Below, in pieces: positions 21,755-31,723 of a stretch of DNA of 64,000 nt (positions are counted from its first letter, which is position 1; every line of letters starts with the position of its first letter). The position numbers and the translations under genes are program-made. The stretch spans positions 224,001 to 288,000 of the forward strand of contig CAXXSL010000001.1 in assembly GCA_963675525.2 (NCBI GenBank), in the 5' to 3' direction. The notes below the pieces were generated by a model. That model ran no database searches and was not told where the DNA came from. It was given only the letters and a program-made list of their open reading frames with translations. This stretch comes from Anaerohalosphaeraceae bacterium. GTDB taxonomy: Bacteria > Planctomycetota > Phycisphaerae > Sedimentisphaerales > Anaerohalosphaeraceae.

Positions 21755-22420
21755 AAGCCCGTAGGGCTTGTGACAATAATAGCCGCGGGTGGAGGGAGCT
21801 AAGCGACCGGAACCCGTGGATAAGGGGCAAGCAACAACGAACCGACCCTGTAAGGGTCGAATAAAGGAGGCAATGTGGCTACCTACACACAAATATTATA
21901 TCACATTGTTTACGGAACGAAAAACCATCAGACCACACTTGATCTCGAACGCCACGATGACTTATGCCGCTATAAGGCGGGTATTCTACGAAACAAACAT
22001 TGCATTGTTTATAAAGTGGGCGGTCATGTTGACCATCTTCATGTCCTGACAAGTTTACATCCATCGTTGGCGTTGGCCGGTTTGGTAAAAGATGTCAAAC
22101 TTGCCGCGTCTGGTTGGATTAAAACCGACAAAGTATTTCCGCAGTTCAGTGGCTGGCAGGCTGGTTATGGGGCTTTTACCTGTTCATGGAAAGACAAAGA
22201 TCGGATTATGAAATATATCGAAAATCAGCGAGAGCATCATCGACACAAAACATTCCGAGAAGAATATATTGATATGTTGCAAAAGGCAGGGATTGAATTC
22301 GATGAAAGATACTTGGCCTGATTCGACCCCTTTAGGGTCGATGGACGTGTAGTATTCAATTAACCACGGGTTCCGCTTCGCTCCACCCGCGGCTATTATT
22401 GTTTGAATCCCTACGGGACT
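21755..22420. mobile_element. RAYT-like locus: transposase flanked by ~100-bp inverted composite REPs (21755-21862 and 22321-22420)
   Basis: Left flank acaataatagccgcgggtggag...cggaacccgtgg...cgaccctgtaagggtcgaat is the reverse complement of right flank attcgacccctttagggtcg...ccacgggttccg...ctccacccgcggctattattgt. Confidence 0.85.
21875..22321 (+). CDS. tnpA: Y1 HUH transposase (IS200/IS605 TnpA family; REP-associated, RAYT-like)
   Basis: YHIVYGTK, HVDHLHVL (HUH), WQAGYGAF, YIENQREHH; RBS AAGGAGG. Confidence 0.92.
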   Translation: MATYTQILYHIVYGTKNHQTTLDLERHDDLCRYKAGILRNKHCIVYKVGGHVDHLHVLTSLHPSLALAGLVKDVKLAASGWIKTDKVFPQFSGWQAGYGAFTCSWKDKDRIMKYIENQREHHRHKTFREEYIDMLQKAGIEFDERYLA

Positions 22421-23467
22421 CTAAAACAACTTCTCGACCAGGTAGCGGGCGCTGAAGATCAGGTCGATGGTGACTGCGGCGGTTAACAGGCCCCATCGCA
22501 TCGGATGCCAGCGAAGGCCGGTTTTTGCCAGGAAGAATAAAAACCACAACGCCGCCGCGGCGACAGCGTACATCATGGCCGTCCATTCCAGCAAGCCCCC
22601 GAGGATCAATCGTTTATACGCCAATCCGCCGAAGAATGCCGCTAAGATCGAGGCGGCGATCGCACAGGTAATGACCCATTTGCAATCGGCCTTGCCGGCC
22701 CACAGAAGCGACTGAAACCCCAACCCTGACAGGATCGCCAAAAACAAAATCGGAAACGCTGCCCAGACGATCGGGCTGACCTGCAGAACCGGCTCCCAGA
22801 AGCACAACACCAGGGCCGCGGCGATCGGGATCAGCACCGCGATACGCTGGGCTTTTACCAGCACAAAAAGGCCCATCAGCGACAGGATGATCGCTCCGTG
22901 ATACAGGCCGAAAGTCAGGTATTCGCCTTTTTGAAACAGCGGAAAGATCAGGTCGAGAAAATGCTGCGGCGTCAGGCGGGTGGTTGCCGGCATCAAAAAG
23001 TGCGGTCCAACCCATTTTTGTGCGGCGGCCCAGAACATCAGGCAGACGCCGGCGAACGGCAGGACAGCAAAGATCGAGCGGATGATAAACCTAAATGCGT
23101 CCGGCGGGCTGTTTTTGTGCCAGTACACCGAAGGCAGCAGCAGCCACGGCACCATGACATAGCTGAATCCTGCCACTGGTTGCTGAAAGCCGCCGAAACT
23201 CAGCGAGAATGCCGAGAACCCATACACGGCTCCGGCGATCAATGACGGTGTCCAGTTATTGACCCATCGCTTGCTCAAGAAATACGCACCCCATGCGGCC
23301 GCCGGCGGATTGAAAACATACAGAAGCTGATAGCCGGCCAGTTGGCTGAAATGCCCCCAGAAAAGATAGACAGAAAAAACCAGGTACAGCACACCGGCGG
23401 AAATCGCTTTCTCAACCGCTCCGAACGCAAGCCCCTGTTTGGACAGGTTTGGAGATGAACTTCCCAT
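22421..23467 (-). CDS. Polytopic membrane protein (YfhO/GT-C-like N-terminal region)
   Basis: Many TM segments and an AGAVYGFS motif; start set at MGSSSP, just after the purM stop. Confidence 0.65.
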   Translation of the reverse strand: MGSSSPNLSKQGLAFGAVEKAISAGVLYLVFSVYLFWGHFSQLAGYQLLYVFNPPAAAWGAYFLSKRWVNNWTPSLIAGAVYGFSAFSLSFGGFQQPVAGFSYVMVPWLLLPSVYWHKNSPPDAFRFIIRSIFAVLPFAGVCLMFWAAAQKWVGPHFLMPATTRLTPQHFLDLIFPLFQKGEYLTFGLYHGAIILSLMGLFVLVKAQRIAVLIPIAAALVLCFWEPVLQVSPIVWAAFPILFLAILSGLGFQSLLWAGKADCKWVITCAIAASILAAFFGGLAYKRLILGGLLEWTAMMYAVAAAALWFLFFLAKTGLRWHPMRWGLLTAAVTIDLIFSARYLVEKLF

Positions 23468-23475
23468 ACGATGCC

Positions 23476-24549
23476 TTATTTTAATACAACTTTCCCTGTG
23501 CCGGACGTGATGGTGCCGATCCGGTAAACGCACTCTCCGTAGCGCGCGAGTTTATCGGTGATGGCATCCGCAAAGTCCGGGGCGACCACCAGTACATACC
23601 CAATTCCCATGTTGAACACGCGGAACATTTCCTCATCGGCAACCGGTCCGGCCTGCTGCAGATAATTAAATATATCCGGTACCGGCCAGGCGTCCTTTTT
23701 CAAAACGGCGTTACAGTCTTTCGGCAGCACACGCGGGATATTGCCGACCAGGCCGCCGCCGGTAATATGCGCCATGGCGTGCACGACTTTTTTAACTTTA
23801 TAACCACCGAGCAGTTTGACAACGGACTTGACGTAAATCCGTGTCGGTTCCAGCAGCACATCGCCCAGTCGTTGGTTGTCAAGTTCCGGAATTCTGTCGG
23901 TGACATTGAGTTTATTTTTTTTAAAGCAGATATTGCGTACCAGCGAGTATCCGTTGCTGTGAATCCCGCTGGAGGCCAGCCCGAGAACCACATCGCCTTT
24001 CTGAACGAGTTTCCCGGTAACGATCCGGTCGCGTTCGACCACCCCAACGGCAAAGCCGGCCATGTCGTATTCGTCCTTCCGGTACAAATCGGGCATTTCG
24101 GCGGTTTCCCCGCCGATCAGGGCACAGTCGGCCATCCGGCAGCCCGCTGCGACGCTTTCAACCATTTGAGCGATTTGCTCCGGGTCGAGCTTGTTGACGG
24201 CAAGGTAGTCGAGGAAAAAAAGCGGTTCGGCCCCCTGGACGATCATGTCATTAACACTCATGGCGACCAGGTCAATGCCGACGGTATCATACCGGCCCAC
24301 CTGCTGGGCAATGATGATTTTTGTGCCGACGCCGTCGGTGCAGGCCACAAGCACGGGGTGCTTATAATTTCGTTTGAAAAGTTTTTCGTCATAGTCCAGC
24401 CGAAACAGACCTGCAAATGCGTTATGCATATTGATCACGCGAGGGCCGTGTGTGGAGGCGACCGAACGGCTGATGCGTTCGACCATGCGGTCGTTGGCGT
24501 CAATGCTGACACCGGATTCTTCATAAGAAAGATAATCGTCTTTACTCAT
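23476..24549 (-). CDS. purM: Phosphoribosylformylglycinamidine cyclo-ligase
   Basis: YEESGVSID, TDGVGTK, GGETAEMP, HITGGGL, FNMGIG. Confidence 0.97.
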   Translation of the reverse strand: MSKDDYLSYEESGVSIDANDRMVERISRSVASTHGPRVINMHNAFAGLFRLDYDEKLFKRNYKHPVLVACTDGVGTKIIIAQQVGRYDTVGIDLVAMSVNDMIVQGAEPLFFLDYLAVNKLDPEQIAQMVESVAAGCRMADCALIGGETAEMPDLYRKDEYDMAGFAVGVVERDRIVTGKLVQKGDVVLGLASSGIHSNGYSLVRNICFKKNKLNVTDRIPELDNQRLGDVLLEPTRIYVKSVVKLLGGYKVKKVVHAMAHITGGGLVGNIPRVLPKDCNAVLKKDAWPVPDIFNYLQQAGPVADEEMFRVFNMGIGYVLVVAPDFADAITDKLARYGECVYRIGTITSGTGKVVLK

Positions 24550-25989
24550 TTATAGCTCATGCTGATCAAATAACTGCATCTGATGGCGTTCCATCGAGAA
24601 TTTATTAACGATTTTGCTGACGGGAATTTTGTAATGGCCGCTCCAGCAGGCGGTACAGTAATGGTCAGGCGGCAATGATGCACAACCCAGCAGGCCATCC
24701 AGTGAAATATACCCTAAGCTGTCAACGCGTAAAAACTGGCGAATCTCTTCTGTGTTTTCCTTTTGGTTGGCCAGCAGTTCCTGATGCGTGGGAAAGTCAA
24801 CGCCGTAAAAGCAGGGGTGTTTGATGGGAGGGCAGGCGACTCGCATATGGATTTCTTTGGCACCGGCTTCGCGAAGCGAACGGATCTTCCCTTTTGTGGT
24901 TGTGCCGCGAACGATCGAATCATCGATGACGACCACACGCTTGTCTTTGACGACATTGCGAATCACCGTTAGTTTCAGCTTAACCGCCAGGTCACGCATG
25001 TCCTGTGAAGGCGACAAAAAAGTCCGGCCGACATAGTGGCTTCTCACAAACCCCATATCAAAAGGGATGCCGCTTTCGCGGGCATAACCGATCGCCGAAC
25101 TGGTACCCGAGTCAGGCACCGGGATGACCACATCGGCATCGACCGGATGCTCAATGGCCAGTTGTTTACCGGAACGGACACGGAATTCGTGTACGTTTTC
25201 ACCGAAAATGGTACTGCTTTGTTTCGCGAAATAAACGTGTTCGAAAATACAATGTCCCGGCGTGATGGTTCCCGGTTCAACAAAGAACCGGCTGTGAAGG
25301 CCGGACTTATCGAGGGTGACTATTTCGCCGGGTTCAACGTCACGAACATACGCGGCGCCGATTGAATCCAGGGCACAGGTTTCACTGGCAACACAGTAAT
25401 AACCCCTGTCCGTTCGTCCGATGCAAAGCGGCCGAATCCCATACGGATCACGGGCTGCTTCAATCCGGTCGGCGAAGAGAAAGATCAGCGAGTAAGCGCC
25501 CTGCAGGTGGTTCAGCACATGTCCCAGCGGGTCCGGTTTGGTGACATGGGTCGGTTTGGCCATCAAATGGACAATGATTTCCGTATCGTTGGAGGTTTTG
25601 AAAATATGGCCGTAGGCTTCATATTCATCCCGCAACAGCGAGGCATTGATCAGGTTGCCGTTGTGTGCCACGGCGACCTGTCCGCGGGAATATTCGCCCA
25701 AAAACGGCTGGGCATTTGTGGGGTTGCTGGAACCGGTTGTAGAATACCGCACATGTCCGATCGCTACCGGATTGTCCAGTCGTTCGAGAATGCCTCGTCC
25801 CGACCGAAAGACCCGGTTGACATGTCCCATTCCTGTAAAACAGTGAATATATTCACCGTCGCTTGATGCGATACCTGCCGATTCCTGTCCTCGGTGCTGG
25901 AGGCTGTGCAGGGAAAAATATGTTTTTTGTACGGCTTCCGGGTCGCCATATATCCCGAAAATGCCGCACTCTTCTTTTTTATCTGCCAT
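24550..25989 (-). CDS. purF: Amidophosphoribosyltransferase
   Basis: EECGIFG, LQHRGQE, GHVRYST, IDDSIVRGTT, CTACWSG. Confidence 0.97.
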   Translation of the reverse strand: MADKKEECGIFGIYGDPEAVQKTYFSLHSLQHRGQESAGIASSDGEYIHCFTGMGHVNRVFRSGRGILERLDNPVAIGHVRYSTTGSSNPTNAQPFLGEYSRGQVAVAHNGNLINASLLRDEYEAYGHIFKTSNDTEIIVHLMAKPTHVTKPDPLGHVLNHLQGAYSLIFLFADRIEAARDPYGIRPLCIGRTDRGYYCVASETCALDSIGAAYVRDVEPGEIVTLDKSGLHSRFFVEPGTITPGHCIFEHVYFAKQSSTIFGENVHEFRVRSGKQLAIEHPVDADVVIPVPDSGTSSAIGYARESGIPFDMGFVRSHYVGRTFLSPSQDMRDLAVKLKLTVIRNVVKDKRVVVIDDSIVRGTTTKGKIRSLREAGAKEIHMRVACPPIKHPCFYGVDFPTHQELLANQKENTEEIRQFLRVDSLGYISLDGLLGCASLPPDHYCTACWSGHYKIPVSKIVNKFSMERHQMQLFDQHEL

Positions 25990-26213
25990 TGATTCCTCTT
26001 AAATTTTCAATTATCAAGGGGTTAAAAGCATAGTCTATCCGAAGACCCCGTACCAGTCAACGGATTTTTGTTAGGTATTAATCGATCGGAATTAATTGCA
26101 ATATTGCATGAAATCACTTTTTTTTGTCCGTTGTAAAAGAAAGAACTGGAAATATTTTGTCCACAGGCTATAGTAATAGACTTTTAAACAATAGCTTCCG
26201 AGGGTCAGGCTGT

Positions 26214-27338
26214 ATGGAAATGAAAGTCAATTTATCGCGTCCGGATATTACCGAGGCTGAAATCGAAGCGGTTAGCGAGGTGCTCCGCAGCCCGAATCTT
26301 TCGCTGGGGCCTAAATTACGCCAGTTTGAACAGGCGTTCGAGCAGTATATCGGCATCAAACATGCCGTGGCCGTTAACAGCGGAACCAGCGGTTTATTTT
26401 TGTGTACACAGGCCATGGGCTGGGGTCCCGGTGACGAGGTCATTACGACACCCTTTACCTTTATCGCCTCGGTGACGACGATCATGATGTCTGGTGCCAC
26501 ACCGGTGTTTGTGGACATTGACCCGGTCAGCCTGAATATGGATTCGGCCCTGATCGAGGCAAAGATCACCCACAAAACAAAAGCCATTCTTCCGGTAGAA
26601 GTCTTTGGAAACCCGGCGGGAATAGATCAAATATGCGAAATCGCAAAGAAGCACAATTTACCTGTCCTCGAAGACAGTTGTGAGGGATTGGGCTCAGAAC
26701 TGAACGGCAAAAAGGTCGGTACATTCGGAAAGATGAGTAACTTTGCTTTCTACCCGAACAAACAGATGACCACCGGTGAAGGCGGTATGATTCTCACCGA
26801 TGACGATGAACTGGCCGAGATGTGCATTTCTTTACGGAACCAGGGCCGGGGTCGCGGCGGCGGATGGCTGGCTCATGATCGGCTTGGATACAATTTCCGC
26901 ATCAGCGATATCAACTGCGCCCTCGGTATTGTCCAGCTTTCACGGATCGAAGAATTTGTCCGAAAACGTCAGGCTGTTGCGGACATGTATGCCCAGCTTC
27001 TTAAGGACGATTCGCGTCTGGTCATCCCGACGATTCCGTCCAACATCCGTATGAGCTGGTTTGTGTATGTCATTCGCATGGCCGAAGGCTATACCATGGA
27101 GCAGCGAAATACGCTTCTGCAGAAAATGCTGGACCGTGGCATTCAGGTCAGCAATTATTTCCCGCCGGTACACCTCCAGCCGTTCATTGCGGAAAAATAC
27201 GGTTGCAAGGAGGGGGATTGTCCGGTGACCGATGCAGTGGTCAAAAGCACCATGGCGCTGCCGTTTCACAACAACCTGACCGCCGAAGAAGTTGAGCTGG
27301 TCTGCAGCGAACTTAAGGCTTGTTTGAACGAAATTTAG
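26214..27338 (+). CDS. DegT/DnrJ/EryC1/StrS PLP-dependent aminotransferase
   Basis: VNSGTSGL, EDSCE, FYPNKQMTTGEGG, GYNFRISD. Confidence 0.92.
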   Translation: MEMKVNLSRPDITEAEIEAVSEVLRSPNLSLGPKLRQFEQAFEQYIGIKHAVAVNSGTSGLFLCTQAMGWGPGDEVITTPFTFIASVTTIMMSGATPVFVDIDPVSLNMDSALIEAKITHKTKAILPVEVFGNPAGIDQICEIAKKHNLPVLEDSCEGLGSELNGKKVGTFGKMSNFAFYPNKQMTTGEGGMILTDDDELAEMCISLRNQGRGRGGGWLAHDRLGYNFRISDINCALGIVQLSRIEEFVRKRQAVADMYAQLLKDDSRLVIPTIPSNIRMSWFVYVIRMAEGYTMEQRNTLLQKMLDRGIQVSNYFPPVHLQPFIAEKYGCKEGDCPVTDAVVKSTMALPFHNNLTAEEVELVCSELKACLNEI

Positions 27339-27600
27339 GGGTGTCGACAGCTCGTTTTTTTGCTGGCGGACAGATCGTTTGAATTTTGAAAGAGCGGCTT
27401 TTTTATCGGTCTGCTTGGCTGCTGTTAACCGCATATCCAGGGGGCTCCATAAAACCTTAAATTTTCATATTATTAGGCCGGAATATGGCCGGCTCGATTT
27501 GCTTTGCGCGCATTTATATCCTAACTTATACATGAGAGGCTAAGGCAGCAACAGGGGCTTTGGCAGAAGAGAAAAAGATGTTTTCCGTGGGAGAAATAAG

Positions 27601-27903
27601 ATGGGCCAATGGCGGGGGAAAATCTTGTTTGCATTGATTCTCTACAGTGCGGGATTTGCGACGGCGATCTACATTTTAGCGCCTTCAAAATTCCAGGAAG
27701 TCAGCAGTCGGATCACAAATTCGGCCGCCGGAACACAGGACGGGACGGCGGAGCAGAATGGGTTTGATTCACAGGCCTGGGCGGCTTCGGTCAGAGTGGG
27801 GATGAGTAAAGCAAAAAGTTTCGCCGAGGAAAAAGCTTTGCAAGTTGCCGATACGGTAAAGACGCGCATGGAGCACAGTAAATTAACAAACAGCGGGGAC
27901 TGA
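27601..27903 (+). CDS. Hypothetical membrane-anchored protein
   Basis: N-terminal TM helix, RBS GGGAG, followed by a terminator. Confidence 0.65.
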   Translation: MGQWRGKILFALILYSAGFATAIYILAPSKFQEVSSRITNSAAGTQDGTAEQNGFDSQAWAASVRVGMSKAKSFAEEKALQVADTVKTRMEHSKLTNSGD

Positions 27904-27995
27904 CCCCGCAGCCAAATCAGAGCATGACGTCTGTTTATTGGTATCGAGCGTTCACATCGGTGTGGCCCGGTATGAGGGGCACAAACGAACGTTAA

Positions 27996-28045
27996 CAAGT
28001 GCCGACCGCACTCTGTGGGTACGCGGTCGGCGCTTGCCTTTTTTT
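27996..28045 (+). terminator. Intrinsic terminator between convergent genes
   Basis: caagtgccgaccgc/gcggtcggcgcttg stem plus T7. Confidence 0.75.
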
Positions 28046-28052
28046 ATTTCCG

Positions 28053-28709
28053 TTAGTCAGTTTCCGGTTGCCAATCCACACCCTGGAGGGTTTGTCCGTT
28101 GCCGGTTTTGGGTGGGGGTGTTTTTTCGGGTTTAGGAAGACCGAGCCGCTGACGGATCGATTCGGCGGCGATCACACGTGGATCATTGGGATCGGTGATA
28201 CCGAGTTTTTCGATTGTTTCCTCAAGTTTCAGCAGAGAGTCTTTATCACCGAATCTGGCGAGATATCCGGCGGCCCACTTTCTGACGGCAGCGGCCGTAT
28301 TCGGACTTTTCACAATGGTTGTCAGGCCGTTTGCGTCCTGATTACAAATCATCGTCCAGGCGGTCCGAATTTTTGCGATGAGCTGCTGTTTCTCCGTGCC
28401 GGTGACATTTTCTTCTTCGAGAATCTGCCGGATCACCTCTTTATCGGGATGATAGGCAAAAGGGTCCCGGCTGATAAAGGCCGAGTCGATTGTCCAGAAA
28501 AGCGCCCCGACAACGATCAGAAAACCCGCGGCGATGGCCAGTTTGCGAAAATACACACTCGTCGGCTCATCCGAATCGGCATAACGGTCCCGATTGTCAT
28601 ACGCATCAAAAAGTTCCTGTTCCAGTTGTTCCCGATGGCCCTCACGGGGCTCATCATCGAACCGGATCGAATCGACGTACTGTTCGAATTTTTTTTCGTC
28701 GTTACTCAT
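28053..28709 (-). CDS. Putative anti-sigma factor (single TM, HEAT-like periplasmic part)
   Basis: Overlaps the ECF sigma stop; N-terminal cytoplasmic helix, then a TM segment (LAIAAGFLIVVGALFW). Confidence 0.7.
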   Translation of the reverse strand: MSNDEKKFEQYVDSIRFDDEPREGHREQLEQELFDAYDNRDRYADSDEPTSVYFRKLAIAAGFLIVVGALFWTIDSAFISRDPFAYHPDKEVIRQILEEENVTGTEKQQLIAKIRTAWTMICNQDANGLTTIVKSPNTAAAVRKWAAGYLARFGDKDSLLKLEETIEKLGITDPNDPRVIAAESIRQRLGLPKPEKTPPPKTGNGQTLQGVDWQPETD

Positions 28710-29301
28710 ACCAGCACAATCCTTCAGGGGCTTGCTGTTGGTGAATTTTATATTCCTGTTTTAACTTATTCAGGGCTCTGGCCAGTTGGCTTCGCACGGT
28801 GGCCGGTTTCATGTCCAGTATTCGGCCGATCTGCTCGCTGTTAAGGCCCTGAAAGAACCGCAGGCTGATGACGTCCTGATGTCCCGGCTTTAAGGTGCCG
28901 ATGGCCTGTTTCAAAAATGCCAGCTTTTGGGCATTATCTTCTTTATCGCTGCAATCGGCCTCAACATTCTGCTCTTCGGGTGTATATTGCTCCTGAAGCT
29001 TCTCATAGGCCCGGGTCTGCCTGCCGGACTGGCGAAAATAGCTGTTGATTTCGTTGCACGCGATTCGAAACAGCCAGCAGCGAAACGCGGTTTCGTCCCC
29101 CATAAACGTATCAAATTTTCGGATCATTTTCATGAAAACCTGTGAGGTAATGTCTTCTGCTGTGTCCCGGCCGGGAAGCCGCCGGGCGCAGTATCGGAAG
29201 ATCTCGTCGTAATGCCGACGAAAAAGGGTTGCAAATGCCGTCCTGTCCGAGCGAGCCGACTCGATCAAACAGGCTGAAGCTGCTTCGTCTGTTGTACTCA
29301 A
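28702..29301 (-). CDS. ECF RNA polymerase sigma factor
   Basis: AEDITSQVF, WLFRIACN (region 2); LRFFQGL...TVRSQLARA (region 4). Confidence 0.93.
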   Translation of the reverse strand: MSTTDEAASACLIESARSDRTAFATLFRRHYDEIFRYCARRLPGRDTAEDITSQVFMKMIRKFDTFMGDETAFRCWLFRIACNEINSYFRQSGRQTRAYEKLQEQYTPEEQNVEADCSDKEDNAQKLAFLKQAIGTLKPGHQDVISLRFFQGLNSEQIGRILDMKPATVRSQLARALNKLKQEYKIHQQQAPEGLCWYE

Positions 29302-29436
29302 TGCACCAATTCTTGAACGAACTGTCTTTGATTAAGGGTCTCATCATAAATTCAAACGCCCCAAAACGCAAGCTGTGAGGGTAAAATATTGATAATTGTA
29401 AATTTTATAGTACCGATTGTATCATCCTTTTTAAAA

Positions 29437-29947
29437 ATGGGTTCGGTTTGGGTTCGGTTTGGGTTTGATTGGGTTCGCGTGGCGCTATTAAAAAGGGGGG
29501 TGTTGCCTCCGTTAGGGGGTTTGAGTGCAGTATAATGCATTGCTGTCGAGGGGCTACTTGGGGCTTAAATTGGGTTCGTTTTTTTGGGGGTTGACGGGGT
29601 AAAAAGGCAGTCCATCGTCTATAGTCCTTAGTCTATGGATAAAAATCGTGGATTTTGGGCTGAAAACGGGGTGCGAGAGTAGGGGGTACTTGGGGCCTAA
29701 ATTGGCTTTGGTTTGGGTTTGGTTTGGGTTCGTATTTGTAGGGGAAGTCCTTAGTCCATGGTCTTTAGTCTTTAGGGAAAAAACGTTTACGGTGATTTTG
29801 CTTGCTTGAAAATTGGGTTCGTTTTGTAAAAAACAGTCTTGAGACTTTAGACCTTAGTCCTCAGGGATCTGATTTCCTCCGGATGGCTATTTAAATAGAT
29901 CCTTCGACTGCGCTCAGGATGACGTGATTGGGTTCGTTTTGAAAAAA
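29437..29947. repeat. Cluster of TGGGTT(C/T)G repeats (10-11-bp-phased tandem blocks plus dispersed copies) and AGTCYTT-like heptamers
   Basis: Copies near 29438-29477, 29570, 29700-29733, 29811 and 29927; heptamer runs near 29609, 29746 and 29835. Confidence 0.8.
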
Positions 29948-30103
29948 AGCATTGTTTTAAAATACTAACTTCCCTTTGAATTGACACTTTGGGCGGGATT
30001 ATCGTGTCGCTGCCGCTCCATGCTTTTGTTCGATTCTTCAGTCAATTTTCAAATAACACTTCAATTTTCCTGCCGCCGCCAAGGCTATGGCACGGCAAGG
30101 CGT

Positions 30104-30131
30104 ATTATACCATAAGTTAGATGAATGTCAA
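30104..30131 (-). promoter_or_regulatory. Consensus sigma70 promoter TTGACA-16-TATAAT with extended -10 (copy A)
   Basis: The plus strand reads attata-ccataagttagatgaa-tgtcaa; a near-identical copy lies at 62462-62489. Confidence 0.75.
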
Positions 30132-30544
30132 ACAAAATGTAATTTTAAGTTCTTAATTTTTTTGTTTTGAATTGAGGAAGCCCTTCGGGCGGGTATTTAA
30201 ACAGATCCCTCGACTGCGCTCGGGATGGCCTGCGGTCATTTTTTTGGTTTTCTCTTGTTTTGGGGGGGAAATGGGGGGGGGTATAATTGGGGGGCATCTT
30301 TGAAGAAGGACATTTTCAACCACGAATGGACACCAATAAACGCTAATAAATGGGATTTATATAAACTATGAAGGTCTTGAAGGATTTTCACGCGAAACAG
30401 GGTTAGAGGGCGGCAATCCGAAGGACGAATGTCGATTGACGAAGGACGAATGTTAGTTAAGAACTCGGGAACTCAGGACAGGATTATGAATTTTGAATTA
30501 TTGGGAATGGCGGGAGAGGAGAAAAAGGTGTCTGACCCCTTTAA

Positions 30545-31009
30545 TTTATCCCGAACGATCCGACACTGCCAAGCGATCCCAATTTCATCGATCCGAATGA
30601 CTTTACAAACTGGAATCCTCGCTGTGATTTAAATGATGACTATCAGATAACGCTGCCCGACATTATCACATTTACCGATGATTGGCTGTGGGTCGCCTGT
30701 TGGAAGCTTGAGGAAATGACGGAAACGATGATGATGTTTGATAGCGGGGAAAACATGCTGTCGCTGCCGGGAAGTGCCATTTCCTTTCAAACTGTTATTC
30801 CCTCGCAGGCGCCGAATCCAGCAGTCGAGGAAATGTCCATCGAACAGCAGATACTCAACTTGCAGGACACGATTGTATTCCTTGAAAAAATCTGGCTTGA
30901 AGACCCGGCAATTCAGCAGGAAATCGACGCTAAGGACTGGCAGGAATTCATGGATTCGGTCTATCAGAGCCTGCTTGAGTTCCAGATTGATTCTATCCAG
31001 TTAGAGTGA
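30545..31009 (+). pseudogene. 5'-truncated remnant of a dockerin-motif secreted protein
   Basis: The frame of the 30716 ORF stays open upstream with no start codon (PNDPTLPSDPNFIDPNDFTNWNPRCDLNDDYQITLPDIITFTDDWLWVACW) and is cut by TAA at 30542 inside a repeat motif. Confidence 0.7.
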
Positions 31010-31014
31010 AATCC

Positions 31015-31043
31015 TTGACTTAACGACATGAAAAGTGTATAAT
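31015..31043 (+). promoter_or_regulatory. sigma70 promoter TTGACT-17-TATAAT for the PEP-CTERM gene
   Basis: Near-consensus hexamers ~70 nt upstream of the start; 5'UTR hairpin gccgtgt...acacggc. Confidence 0.7.
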
Positions 31044-31111
31044 TCAGTTTAAACAACGCCGTGTGCGGATTTTGATTCTGTACACGGCATTCAATCAAAG
31101 AACGGAGATAT

Positions 31112-31723
31112 GTGATGAAGAAGAGAGCTGGTTTTTGTCTTTTATTTATTCTTTGCCTTCCGATGGTCTTTGCCGGATATACCGACGGCTATATCGCAGA
31201 TGGTGAATACGAATGGGGCGTTGATTGGCTTAGTGGTTTACTTATTGTCGATGAGGGAGGGGCTCAGGAAATCTCAGTAAGGAATTCTGCTCGTTTGGAG
31301 GTTTTGTCAACAAGTACACCACTAGCACTCGGCGTGGGCGGGATAATGGATATCGGGCTTAGGGATTATAGTCATTTGGATTATTATGGTGGCCAAACAC
31401 AAGAACTCACGGTACGCCAGAATGCCACGGCCAATCTTTACGGTGGGCGAATTGATGGCATCTCCAGTTTTCAATATACCACAACGACACACATAAATCT
31501 TTATTGTCAGCCCGGCTGGTCGTGGATTTTGGACGGCACACAGAAAAAAATCGGCATTATGGGTTTGTGGGAAGACAACACCAGCTTTAACATCAGTTTT
31601 ACTACCAACGGAGAATACTTCGGTTACCCACCCGTCTGGACTAATATCAACATCGTCCCCGAACCGGCAACGTTGACTTTGTTGGGGCTGGGTACTCTGT
31701 TGATGCGAAAACGGAAACGGTAG
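31112..31723 (+). CDS. PEP-CTERM protein
   Basis: Signal peptide; C-terminal VPEPATLTLLGLGTLLMRKRKR. Confidence 0.92.
   Translation: MMKKRAGFCLLFILCLPMVFAGYTDGYIADGEYEWGVDWLSGLLIVDEGGAQEISVRNSARLEVLSTSTPLALGVGGIMDIGLRDYSHLDYYGGQTQELTVRQNATANLYGGRIDGISSFQYTTTTHINLYCQPGWSWILDGTQKKIGIMGLWEDNTSFNISFTTNGEYFGYPPVWTNINIVPEPATLTLLGLGTLLMRKRKR

Noticed and set aside
27339..27600. Possible tmRNA or SAM riboswitch-like sequence
   Set aside because: Only short chance similarities; it lacks the tRNA-like ends, tag ORF and SAM-I core.
29437..29947. Possible CRISPR array
   Set aside because: Repeats are short, degenerate and irregularly spaced; there is no constant repeat-spacer period and no cas gene in the window.
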